A stretch of DNA of 38,831 nucleotides, filler included, from a bacterium (GTDB lineage Bacteria > RUG730), in the NCBI GenBank assembly GCA_031551405.1. It is 4 parts of 4 records of this genome, joined end to end, with 100 filler letters (N's around TTAATTAATTAA, not from the genome) between each part and the next. Parts side by side here need not be neighbours in the genome. Positions count along the whole stretch, not along the records: positions 3,976 to 30,128 come from JAVBNQ010000002.1; 3 more parts are not named here. The stretch is one strand, 5' to 3'. The stretch's first letter is position 1. Each line of letters begins with the position of its first letter. Made by a program: the position numbers and the translations under genes. This document shows, one piece after another, positions 7,886 through 16,808 of the stretch. The notes under the pieces were generated by a model, which saw only the letters and a program-made list of their open reading frames with translations, made no database searches and had not been told where the DNA came from.

Positions 7886-9553
7886 TTATTTTTCTCCGTC
7901 AACAATAGAATAATTTATCGGCATATTTCTGTCGCCAAAAGCTTTTTTCGTCAATTTTGGACCAAAAGGACTTTGCCTGCGCTTGAATTCGTTTTTTTCT
8001 GTGAGCCGAATTATTTCCAAAACTGTCTCTTTTCCAATTTTTAGCTCGCGAATTATTTCGCTCGCCGTTTTATTTTCTTCGACATAAAGTCTCAAAATTT
8101 TATCGAGAATTTCGTATTTCGGAAGTAGATCCTCGTCTTTCTGATTTGCTTTTAATTCTGCAGTCGGCGGCCGAAAAATAATTGAATCCGGAATTTTCTT
8201 TTTTTTAGATTTTTCGTTATAAAATTTGCAAATCTCAAAAATTGTCGTTTTATAAACATCTTTCAATACAGCGAATCCGCCGGCTGTATCTCCATACAAA
8301 GTACAATAGCCCGTCGCTATTTCGCTTTTATTTCCAGTCGGCAGCAAAACCGCACGAAATTTGCTAGAAATAGCCATCAATATATTACCTCGGATTCGAG
8401 ACTGAATACTTTCTTCCGTCGTGTCATACGCCAAACCTGCAAAAATTTCATCAAAAATTTTGGAATATGCGGTTCGCAAGTTCTCTATTGGAATTTCATA
8501 AAATTTCACGCCTAAATTCTTCGCTAATTTTTTTGCGTCGTTTTTTGTATCCGTAGACGAGAAAACTGTTGGCATAGAAATACAAATAACGTTTTCTTTT
8601 CCGACAGCCTCCGTAGCCAAAACCGCGACGAGCGCAGAATCTATTCCACCACTAAGTCCGATGACAACTTTTTTGAACCCGGTTTTCGACAAATAGTCTT
8701 TTAGTGAAAAAAGTAAAGCCGCGTAAGTTTCGCTCACAAAATTGTATTTTTTAAGCGCGATATTTTTGAAAACAGGTTTCTTATCAAAATCTTTCGCGTC
8801 GAGAAAAATTACATTTTTATTTTTTAATTTTTTTTCTTCTCTTCCCTCAAAATCACAAACTAAAAACTCTTCCTCGAATTTATTGGCTGATGCGAGAATT
8901 TTTCCGGACGAATTCATGAAAAAACTGCCTCCATCAAAAAGCAAATCGTCCTGCAATCCAACCAAGTTTGCATAAATCAAATTTTTTTTCGAGGCTTTTG
9001 TAAACTTTTTCGCAGTTTCGTAAAATTTTTCGGATTTTGAAAAATAATACGGAGAAGCATCGATATTAATCAAAAAATCAGACCTCGAAGAATTTGGATT
9101 TTCTGCTCCAAACAACAAAGAAAATGTTCTATTTTTTAAGCTAAAAACGAGACTATTTTTACCTTCGGAAAAATAAAAATTACAGCAAAACTCGTTTTGG
9201 GGAAACTTTGTTTGATGAGCTTTACCCAAAATTTTACCGTCGTGAATTAAAGCTGCAGAATTGTAAAAATTTTCATTACTAAAATCGATAAAATTCAAAA
9301 CTATCGATATATTTTGGGAGGCAGTTACGATTTTTTTCAAGGATTTTTGAGTTGCAGCTAAAAAATTTTTGTTAAATATCAAATCTTTCGGTGGGAATCC
9401 GGAAAGAGATCCGATGGAAAAAATCAAAAGTTCTGTTTTTAAAATTTTCGCTTTCTCGATAGAATCTAAAATTTTTTTCGTATTGGTTTCGAAATCGCAA
9501 AGCTTAGGATTGATTTGCGAGATGCCAATACGGATTAAATTTTTTGAAGACAT
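7886..9553 (-). CDS. nadE: NAD+ synthetase with N-terminal nitrilase-like (apparently degenerate glutaminase) domain
   Basis: GLSGGIDS, IQSRIRG, TGNKSEIATGYCTLYGD, DVYKT, PPTAEL..QKDED, EFKRRQSP. Confidence 0.95.
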   Translation of the reverse strand: MSSKNLIRIGISQINPKLCDFETNTKKILDSIEKAKILKTELLIFSIGSLSGFPPKDLIFNKNFLAATQKSLKKIVTASQNISIVLNFIDFSNENFYNSAALIHDGKILGKAHQTKFPQNEFCCNFYFSEGKNSLVFSLKNRTFSLLFGAENPNSSRSDFLINIDASPYYFSKSEKFYETAKKFTKASKKNLIYANLVGLQDDLLFDGGSFFMNSSGKILASANKFEEEFLVCDFEGREEKKLKNKNVIFLDAKDFDKKPVFKNIALKKYNFVSETYAALLFSLKDYLSKTGFKKVVIGLSGGIDSALVAVLATEAVGKENVICISMPTVFSSTDTKNDAKKLAKNLGVKFYEIPIENLRTAYSKIFDEIFAGLAYDTTEESIQSRIRGNILMAISSKFRAVLLPTGNKSEIATGYCTLYGDTAGGFAVLKDVYKTTIFEICKFYNEKSKKKKIPDSIIFRPPTAELKANQKDEDLLPKYEILDKILRLYVEENKTASEIIRELKIGKETVLEIIRLTEKNEFKRRQSPFGPKLTKKAFGDRNMPINYSIVDGEK

Positions 9554-9608
9554 GTTTTTTCCTTAAAAAAATGTTAGTTTTTGTTTTAAGAGGGAATTTC
9601 TTCGTAAA

Positions 9609-10250
9609 TCAGCTTCTAATTTCATCGTCTAATTCTTTTGTCAAATTCTTCAACCTTTGGTTCAAGAGAGCGCATTTTTCGTCAATATTATCGTCAAGTG
9701 AAACATAAATCGGATTTCCGTATTTGACAGCAGTTTTTGTGAATGGTTTTGGTATCGTGTACTCGTCCCAATTTTTGAGTTGCCAAAATTTTTCTGCAGC
9801 AGTCGCTACCGGAATAATCGGGAGCTTTGTCTTTTGAGCGAGAAATAAAACCCCGGGTTTTGCTTCATAAATCGGACCGCGCGGTCCATCGATTGCAAAA
9901 GCTGCGTCGCAGCCATTCTTTATTTTTTGCAGCATTTTCACTAAAGCTTTTGCTCCGCCATTCGAGCTGGATCCTCGAACAGTTTTATAGCCAAGATTGC
10001 TCAAAATATTCGTTTGTAAATCTCCATCTTTCGAGAGAGACGTCATAATGCAAATATTCTGGTATTTGTGGCTATTCACGAGTATGAATTGCCTCCCGTG
10101 CCAAAATGCAAAAATTACATTTTTTGTGGATTTTTTGATTTCATTGAGATTTTGCAGGTTTATGTAGCGGAATCTGTGCGTAAAACTCAAAATTTTTATA
10201 ACTAAAACAGCAATTTTCGGCAGCATTTTTTCACGAAAAAAATTATTCAT
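9609..10250 (-). CDS. DUF374 lysophospholipid acyltransferase family protein
   Basis: FAFWHGR, SLSKDGD, VRGSSSNGG, AIDGPRGP. Confidence 0.88.
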   Translation of the reverse strand: MNNFFREKMLPKIAVLVIKILSFTHRFRYINLQNLNEIKKSTKNVIFAFWHGRQFILVNSHKYQNICIMTSLSKDGDLQTNILSNLGYKTVRGSSSNGGAKALVKMLQKIKNGCDAAFAIDGPRGPIYEAKPGVLFLAQKTKLPIIPVATAAEKFWQLKNWDEYTIPKPFTKTAVKYGNPIYVSLDDNIDEKCALLNQRLKNLTKELDDEIRS

Positions 10251-11481
10251 TTTGCTTTGTTTTTATCAGCTCTAAATATTCGTTTCGTTTAATTTCAAAA
10301 GCAGGCATATAATCTTTTTTTACTGACATTGCCGACGGAATTTTCATAGCCAAATAATTGATAAAAGTTCCGTTGTGCTTGAAGCGAAAATCAAGATGCG
10401 GTCCGGTCGCGAGCCCTGTTTGTCCGACGTAAGCTATAGTTTGCCCTTGCTTTACCTTAGCTCCAACGTGAATCCCTGCCGCATAACCTCGTAAATGCCC
10501 GTACCAGGATTCATAATTGTTACTGTGAACGATTTTCAGCAATTTCCCAAAGCCTCCGCTAACTCCGGCAAAAACAACTCTTCCATCGCCAATCGACACA
10601 ATCGGAGTTCCTTCCTTAGCAGCGTAGTCGATTCCCAAATGCGGCCTTCTATATTTCAAAATTGGATGCATTCTGCTCAGTGAAAAATATGAGCTAATAC
10701 GTTTATAATTTAGTGGAGATTTCAAGAAAGCCCTTTTCATAGCTTTGCCAGCCTCGTCGTAATAGCCTTCAACTTCATTGTGCTTAAAATAAAACGCCGA
10801 ATACTCATAATTTGAGCCAATGTATTTTGCAGCAAAAATCCGTCCCAATTTCGAGTAGCCCGTGTCAGTGTACAAATTCTCATACAAAATGAGAAACTTG
10901 TCTCCGGGACGCGTGTCTGTAAAAAAATCTATTTGCCAAGCGAATATTTCCGTAAGTTCAACAGCAAGCGCAGGATTCCCGTGCTTATTTCCAACCACAG
11001 CTTCATATAAAGACGAAGTGATTTCTCCTTCGATACACAAAATTTTAGACTTAATTTCAGCTCTTTGAACTTCAATCGCTAATTCCTGGTTGACGCTCGA
11101 TACGTAAACTCTGTATTTTTCGATTTGATTTGGCAAATACGAAATCGCCAGAAATTCGTTAGCACTTGATTTTTCGACCTCGTAAAACTGTCCGGATTGA
11201 ATTTTTCGTATCGAAATTTCCTGAGAAAATAATTCTACTATTTTCGTCGTCTGATAAACATCTACCCCTTCTTGAGCCAAAATTTTGTAAAAACTGTCGC
11301 CGGACTGAAATTCTTTTCTTTCGATCGAAATTTCAGGAACTTTTTCAGTAAACTGCATTTTCAAAAGTCTTGATATTTTTAGCGGCCCGTTATAAAAATG
11401 AAAAGATACAAACCCAAGACAGCACAGACCCAGAACGAAAAAAATTTTAAAATATATTCTGTTCGGTTTTTTAGATTTCAT
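10243..11481 (-). CDS. M23 family peptidoglycan DD-endopeptidase (MepM/Csd3-like)
   Basis: N-terminal TM, RMHPIL..HLGIDY, YGHL, GLATGPHLDF zinc motifs. Confidence 0.92.
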   Translation of the reverse strand: MKSKKPNRIYFKIFFVLGLCCLGFVSFHFYNGPLKISRLLKMQFTEKVPEISIERKEFQSGDSFYKILAQEGVDVYQTTKIVELFSQEISIRKIQSGQFYEVEKSSANEFLAISYLPNQIEKYRVYVSSVNQELAIEVQRAEIKSKILCIEGEITSSLYEAVVGNKHGNPALAVELTEIFAWQIDFFTDTRPGDKFLILYENLYTDTGYSKLGRIFAAKYIGSNYEYSAFYFKHNEVEGYYDEAGKAMKRAFLKSPLNYKRISSYFSLSRMHPILKYRRPHLGIDYAAKEGTPIVSIGDGRVVFAGVSGGFGKLLKIVHSNNYESWYGHLRGYAAGIHVGAKVKQGQTIAYVGQTGLATGPHLDFRFKHNGTFINYLAMKIPSAMSVKKDYMPAFEIKRNEYLELIKTKQNE

Positions 11482-11509
11482 AAAAACTCCAAGTTGATGA
11501 AATTTAATA

Positions 11510-11518
11510 ATTATAGCA
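11510..11518 (-). promoter_or_regulatory. Putative extended -10 promoter for the M23 peptidase operon
   Basis: TGCTATAAT on - strand, 29 nt upstream of the start. GGAG RBS at 11487-11490. Confidence 0.5.
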
Positions 11519-11613
11519 GGTTGAAAAAAATTTTTCTATTTTTTCTTTAAAATCGCAAACTTTAATATTAATTTTTGAATAACAATCAAAAGATTTTAAG
11601 TTTGAGATTATTA

Positions 11614-11642
11614 TAGAAATTTGCATAAAATTTTACTATAAT
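11614..11642 (+). promoter_or_regulatory. Putative sigma70 promoter for the pilin operon
   Basis: TAGAAA-17 nt-TATAAT (11637-11642). AGGAGA RBS before the ATG at 11678. Confidence 0.4.
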
Positions 11643-11677
11643 TCCCTTGATTTTAGAGTCAACATTAGGAGAGAATT

Positions 11678-12085
11678 ATGCAAAATAAATTTAAGAGCGG
11701 TTTTACTCTGATTGAACTTGGAATCGTTTTGATTATAATTTTTATTCTTGCGTTGCTGTCTGTCCCTCAATTCTCGCAACTTGTAAAAAAATCAAAGGAA
11801 ACAAAAACTAGAATTGCCATGACTGAGTTAAAAGATGCGATTTACACGTATTACGAAAAAAATGGAGTTTACCCGGTCGATTTAACGCAGCCTGAATTTT
11901 TAGGCAAATATATTAAAAAAATTCCAGTTGTCAAGCTCGGCGGACATCATCACGATTCCGCAGAATTAAAATTGGGGGAAGAAATTGATGATTCAGGCGG
12001 CTGGATTTACAATCCTGCTACAGGCAATATTTCTGTAAATTGCTCGCATAAAGACACAAAAGGACAAGAAATCAGTAAATGGTAA
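11678..12085 (+). CDS. Type IV pilin / GspG-like pseudopilin
   Basis: Class III signal KSG|FTLIEL with E5 and a hydrophobic helix, followed by YYEKNGVYP. Confidence 0.9.
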   Translation: MQNKFKSGFTLIELGIVLIIIFILALLSVPQFSQLVKKSKETKTRIAMTELKDAIYTYYEKNGVYPVDLTQPEFLGKYIKKIPVVKLGGHHHDSAELKLGEEIDDSGGWIYNPATGNISVNCSHKDTKGQEISKW

Positions 12086-12774
12086 TTTTTGCCACATTTT
12101 TTATTTTGTCTTTTTTTTTCGATTTTATCGTTAGAAATTCAGAAAGTGATTCTGTAAATTTTAAGCTTATTTTCAGCTCGAATTTTTATAAAACCGAAAT
12201 TTTCCATTTTACAAAAAAAAAAAATTTAGTTTGCCTTGCATACAATTTTTTTATTTTAGCTATTTTCTTCGCTAGCTACAAAGTTGGTTTTGATAAAACG
12301 AAAATTTTTTTCGACGTTTTGATTTTAACAACTTTTTTGCTTGCTGCGATTATCGATGTAAAATACCGAATTGTTCCAAATTTTGTCGTCATAATTCTAC
12401 TAGCTATCGGATTATTTTTCATTTTTCATAATCCGTACCTTCCTCCGACTACAAATCTTTTCAAAACAGCTGTTTTTGGTTTAATCTTGAGCAGTACTAT
12501 CTCGATATTAACCTATTTTTTGGGATTACTTATTTTTAAAAAAGAAGCTTTGGGTTTTGGCGACGTAAAACTTTTTATTTGTATTGGGCTTATTTTTTCC
12601 GGGATTGGTTTTTTAAATATATTTTTTCTGTCATTTTTGATAAGTGCAATTTTTGGAGCCTTTTTTTTATTTTTTCGCAAAAAAACTGCGAGCACGTATA
12701 TTCCATTTGTCCCTTTTATCTGTTTTTCAGTGATTTTTTACGTTTATTGCAAAAATTACTTCTCAATATTTTAA
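12079..12774 (+). CDS. A24 prepilin peptidase (PilD-like, no Cys/Zn domain)
   Basis: IIDVKYRIVPN and ALGFGDVKL catalytic aspartates, IPFVPFI. Adjacent to the pilin. Confidence 0.85.
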   Translation: MVIFATFFILSFFFDFIVRNSESDSVNFKLIFSSNFYKTEIFHFTKKKNLVCLAYNFFILAIFFASYKVGFDKTKIFFDVLILTTFLLAAIIDVKYRIVPNFVVIILLAIGLFFIFHNPYLPPTTNLFKTAVFGLILSSTISILTYFLGLLIFKKEALGFGDVKLFICIGLIFSGIGFLNIFFLSFLISAIFGAFFLFFRKKTASTYIPFVPFICFSVIFYVYCKNYFSIF

Positions 12775-12841
12775 TTTTTTATGTAAAAAATATGAACACT
12801 GTTAAATTTTCAAAATCAAAAAACATATTTTGTGAGGAGAA

Positions 12842-13702
12842 ATGAGTAATCAAAAAATCGTGCTTATTACCGGTTGTTCGAGCGGCTTTGGACTTTTAAT
12901 CTCAAAAGCTCTGTCGACGGACAAAAATTACAAAGTCTACAGCAGCATGAGAAATCTCGCAAAACAAGACAAATTGCAAAGCGAAATCAAAAAAATAAAC
13001 GGGCAAATAAATTTGCTGGAAATAGACGTGACAAAAACTGAAACAATAAAAAATGCAATCTGCGAAATCAAGAAACGCGAAGGCAAAATTGATATCCTCG
13101 TGAATAATGCAGGCCACGCAATGGGAGGATTTTTTGAGGATTTGAGTGATGAAGAAATCCGCGAACAGCTGGAGGTAAATTTTTTCGGAATGCAGAGTAT
13201 GATCCGCGAAAGCCTGCCGCTTTTATTTCAATCGAAAAACGCAAAAATTATAAATATATCGAGCATTGCAGGTTTAATATCATATCCGGGTCTAGGCGCT
13301 TACAACGCCAGCAAATGGGCTGTCGAGGGATTTTCCGAGAGTTTAAGGAGTGAGCTTTCTCGCTTTGGAATAAACGTAAGCTTGGTCGAGCCGGGCAGTT
13401 TTGAAACGAGCATTTTTAAAGAAAACGCAAAATTTTGCACAAATCATAATAATTGCGAGAGTCGGTATTTTCAGCATACACAATATTTGATTTTTACTCG
13501 GATCGAAAAAATCAATAAATTGCGAGGAAATCCGCAAAAAGTCGCTGACAAAGTTGTCAAAATTATTTCGCAAAAAAATCCAAAATTTAGAAATATAGTC
13601 GGAATAGACGCAAAATTCACATATTTTTTAAAAAAATTTTTGCCATTCACTATTTTTGAAAAATTAGTTGATTATGTTGCTTTTAAAAATTTAAAAAAAT
13701 GA
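12842..13702 (+). CDS. Short-chain dehydrogenase/reductase
   Basis: TGCSSGFG, NNAG, YNASK, VEPG. Confidence 0.95.
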   Translation: MSNQKIVLITGCSSGFGLLISKALSTDKNYKVYSSMRNLAKQDKLQSEIKKINGQINLLEIDVTKTETIKNAICEIKKREGKIDILVNNAGHAMGGFFEDLSDEEIREQLEVNFFGMQSMIRESLPLLFQSKNAKIINISSIAGLISYPGLGAYNASKWAVEGFSESLRSELSRFGINVSLVEPGSFETSIFKENAKFCTNHNNCESRYFQHTQYLIFTRIEKINKLRGNPQKVADKVVKIISQKNPKFRNIVGIDAKFTYFLKKFLPFTIFEKLVDYVAFKNLKK

Positions 13703-14766
13703 AAAAATTTTTCGCCACTTTAAAATTTATTTTAATTTCAATTGTTTTTTTAAATCTTCTCTGCTTTGCTTACTTTTTTTTGACATCTAAACCATTCCAA
13801 AAATTCCATTCTCAAAAAAACATACAAATTTTATTTTTGTCAACCGAAGCAAAAAACATTAAAACAATTTATCTTTTCGATTATTCATTCCAAAAACAAG
13901 AAATTTTCATTTTCCCGCTTAGTTCAAAAAACAAACTTCTAAATTATAAAAATTCGAGTTATCTGTTTTTGAGCGATATTTATAGAGGAATTTATTATCA
14001 AAACAAAAAAGATTTGGAAAAATCTACTATCGCTTTTATGCAAAAATTCAATGAAATATTTGACCAAAAAATCGAATATTTTATTCACTTTTCATCATCT
14101 GACATAGCAAATATCAACAAAAACTTCGAAATAAATTTATCGTATTCCGATCTAACTAAACCAAATTCCGATGACCTTGCAATTTACGCAAAATATAAAA
14201 ATTGGATGCTTTTTCTCGAGAACATTAACTATGAAAACATTCTAAAATCAAAATTTTTGCGTAAATATTTTTTCAAACAATTTCATAAAAATATTGATTT
14301 AGATCAATATTTTATTACAGGAAATTTGACGAAAGCCGACTTTTTTTATCTGCTCACAAAATTTTATAAATTAAAAACTCAAAACATAAATTTTGTGGGG
14401 GTTCCGGATGTTTTAAATGACGGAGATAGGTCGTTCATAAACGAGTTTTTATCGGTTGAAAAAAATGATGGAAACGAAAAGGTGATCGTCGAAGTTTTGA
14501 ATGGATCCGGCAGAGGAGGGAAGGCTGTTGAAATCGCTCGATTTTTACGAAGCGAAAACATAGACGTGCAGCTTTGGGGGAATTATCCGAACATTGTCGA
14601 GGAAACAATCGTGATTGACAGGAAAGGCTACCTCGATAATGCAAAAAAAGTTCACGAAATTTTAAAAACCGGTGTTTTCTTATCGAGGAAAGAAAAAAAT
14701 TCTTTTTACGATTTAACGATTATTTTAGGAGAAAATAAAAATTTTGTCGTGCGGACAGAAAAATAA
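13699..14766 (+). CDS. Membrane-anchored protein with LytR_C domain (divergent LCP-like)
   Basis: N-terminal TM. C-terminal VEVLNGSGRGGKA..LR..WGN..DLTIILG is the LytR_C signature. Confidence 0.75.
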   Translation: MKKFFATLKFILISIVFLNLLCFAYFFLTSKPFQKFHSQKNIQILFLSTEAKNIKTIYLFDYSFQKQEIFIFPLSSKNKLLNYKNSSYLFLSDIYRGIYYQNKKDLEKSTIAFMQKFNEIFDQKIEYFIHFSSSDIANINKNFEINLSYSDLTKPNSDDLAIYAKYKNWMLFLENINYENILKSKFLRKYFFKQFHKNIDLDQYFITGNLTKADFFYLLTKFYKLKTQNINFVGVPDVLNDGDRSFINEFLSVEKNDGNEKVIVEVLNGSGRGGKAVEIARFLRSENIDVQLWGNYPNIVEETIVIDRKGYLDNAKKVHEILKTGVFLSRKEKNSFYDLTIILGENKNFVVRTEK

Positions 14767-14783
14767 AAAAGATTTATCGAAGT

Positions 14784-15360
14784 AAAAAACGAGAGAATTT
14801 GGTTTTCTAAAACTTTTCAATTTCCGTCTTTTTTCTCTTTTCTTCTTAATTTATATGTCTGCCTAGCGAAGAGAAGATGGAAAAAATTGAAAAAATCGTT
14901 AAAAATTTCTAACTGTTTGAGCCCTCACTTGTGAGGGCGAGTTTTAGAAATTTAGATTTTTTGAAAATTTTTTACCTATCTCTGAGGTCGAGCAGACTAG
15001 CGTTTTTTGTTTCTTTTTTGAGCAATGTCAAAAAAGAAAGATAAAAGAACGCCGCGCTCGTAAAAAATGAAAATCCTCATCTTTGGACAGAAAAAGCAAA
15101 AAGTTTTGTTGAAGCAAAAAAACGAAGGGATTTTTGTTTTTAGTTTTGCGATTGAAAAAAAGAAAAAAAACTTTTTAATTTCCGTTTAAATCCTAAAGAC
15201 AGTCATCTTGTTTTTACCAATAGTTTATCAAAAATTTCGAAAAGGGCATTTAAAGAAATTACACAATTTTTAGAGACTAAAAACAAAAAACTAAAAAAAA
15301 ATCTCGCGAGAATAAAAAGAGTTTAATTGCCATCCCGGTAACGACCTCGTCTACAAAGCT
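14784..15360. repeat. Composite intergenic repeat, locus 2 (full module B 14857-15039 plus inverted fragments of C, D, F)
   Basis: Module B is a near-copy of 3689-3869 with a different apical hairpin. Located between convergent genes. Confidence 0.92.
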
Positions 15361-15393
15361 TAGCAAATTAAATATTAGGTATTACCCCCAAAA

Positions 15394-16782
15394 TTAATTT
15401 CCCTTAAAAAGTTCGTTATTTTTTACCAATTGATCTGTAATATTTTTCCAATCAATCATCATTTTTTTAATAGCCAAAACTCTTGCTATTTTCTCGTATT
15501 TGCAACCTTCGAGCATATTGACTGATTTTATCATATCGTTATAAGAGCCTTTTCCAGTAGCATATGCTTCTGTGTCATCTTTTGCAATCTGCTCCATGTA
15601 TGCTCTTTTCTCATCAGTATATTTTATTAATTCTTTTTGTAGCATTATGTTTTCATATAAATTCTTTAGCAAAACTTGAATATTATATTTTTGATTTTCT
15701 ATTGAGATATTCGTTTTCTTATAATTTATATTAAGCACTTCTTCAAGAGCAGCAGTTTTTTTATCGAAAAATCCTTTCTCAAAAGTTGCGCCAACAAAAA
15801 ATTCCTTCGCAAAATATGATTCTTCGTAATAATCTTTATATCCCAACCTCAAATTCAAAATATCCATTAAATCGTCCTGCCCTATCTCGAGATATAAAAT
15901 ATTTTTTCTCTTCATCAAATCATAAATAAAATACGTCCGACTGGAATTTTTAAAATTTTGATATTCTTTCAAAAAATCAATATTAATTTTGCCCAGATCT
16001 ATATCCAAGCTTTCAGAATTTAAATCAGGAGAATAAACATCTTTTTCGCCGCCGCGAATCGCTTGAATTATCAAATTATTAATTTTTGTAAACTCAATCT
16101 CTAAATTTTTTATTTTTTCCTTTTTGTTTACTATTTCCAAAAATGACTTATTTAAATCAACCTGTTTTACAGCACTGAAACCTTTTTTATCTTTCATATT
16201 TTGATTTAATTTTACGCTATCATCACAAAGAGATTTCGCGAGTTCAAGTTCAGAGTAAGTATTGCAAAAATCGTAGTAAATATGAATCAGCGTTGCAATA
16301 TAATTCTCGTATGCCTCAATAATTTCATAAGTCATCATTTTATTGCCGACTTCGATATCTTCAAGTTTTAGCCTATTTGCTCGTCCAAAAGCATTTTTTA
16401 AGAGGGACTGTTCAATTTGAAAAATAAACCCATCTCTATTTTCGCTGCGATATTCATATGCTGCGTTTGCAGTAAGCCCGGCTTCAGAAAAAAGCTTTGT
16501 GAGCCCGACGTTTGTAACGTTTTCTTCGGATTTGAAAGAATAATCAGTTTTTATATTCACAAGCAATTCCTCGCCAGGCATTTTCAAATAACGATTGTAT
16601 TTTAGTTTAAGCTGCTCTATCAAAATCAGCTCAAACTCCGGATTTTTTTGAGTTGCTAACGAAATAAAATTCTCAAGAGAGATTGTTCTTGGATTTGTGA
16701 GCCCCTCGTTTTCTGCAAATAAAAAATTATTAAAAATACTGCTTATGATAAAAAAGATAGCAAAAAATTTTTTTATAGACAT
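15394..16782 (-). CDS. TolC-like outer membrane efflux protein
   Basis: Signal peptide, ISLENFISLATQKNP, IEQSLLKN, two helical repeats, size ~460 aa. Confidence 0.7.
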   Translation of the reverse strand: MSIKKFFAIFFIISSIFNNFLFAENEGLTNPRTISLENFISLATQKNPEFELILIEQLKLKYNRYLKMPGEELLVNIKTDYSFKSEENVTNVGLTKLFSEAGLTANAAYEYRSENRDGFIFQIEQSLLKNAFGRANRLKLEDIEVGNKMMTYEIIEAYENYIATLIHIYYDFCNTYSELELAKSLCDDSVKLNQNMKDKKGFSAVKQVDLNKSFLEIVNKKEKIKNLEIEFTKINNLIIQAIRGGEKDVYSPDLNSESLDIDLGKINIDFLKEYQNFKNSSRTYFIYDLMKRKNILYLEIGQDDLMDILNLRLGYKDYYEESYFAKEFFVGATFEKGFFDKKTAALEEVLNINYKKTNISIENQKYNIQVLLKNLYENIMLQKELIKYTDEKRAYMEQIAKDDTEAYATGKGSYNDMIKSVNMLEGCKYEKIARVLAIKKMMIDWKNITDQLVKNNELFKGN

Positions 16783-16808
16783 AATATCCCTCTTTTTGTT
16801 AAAAAATT

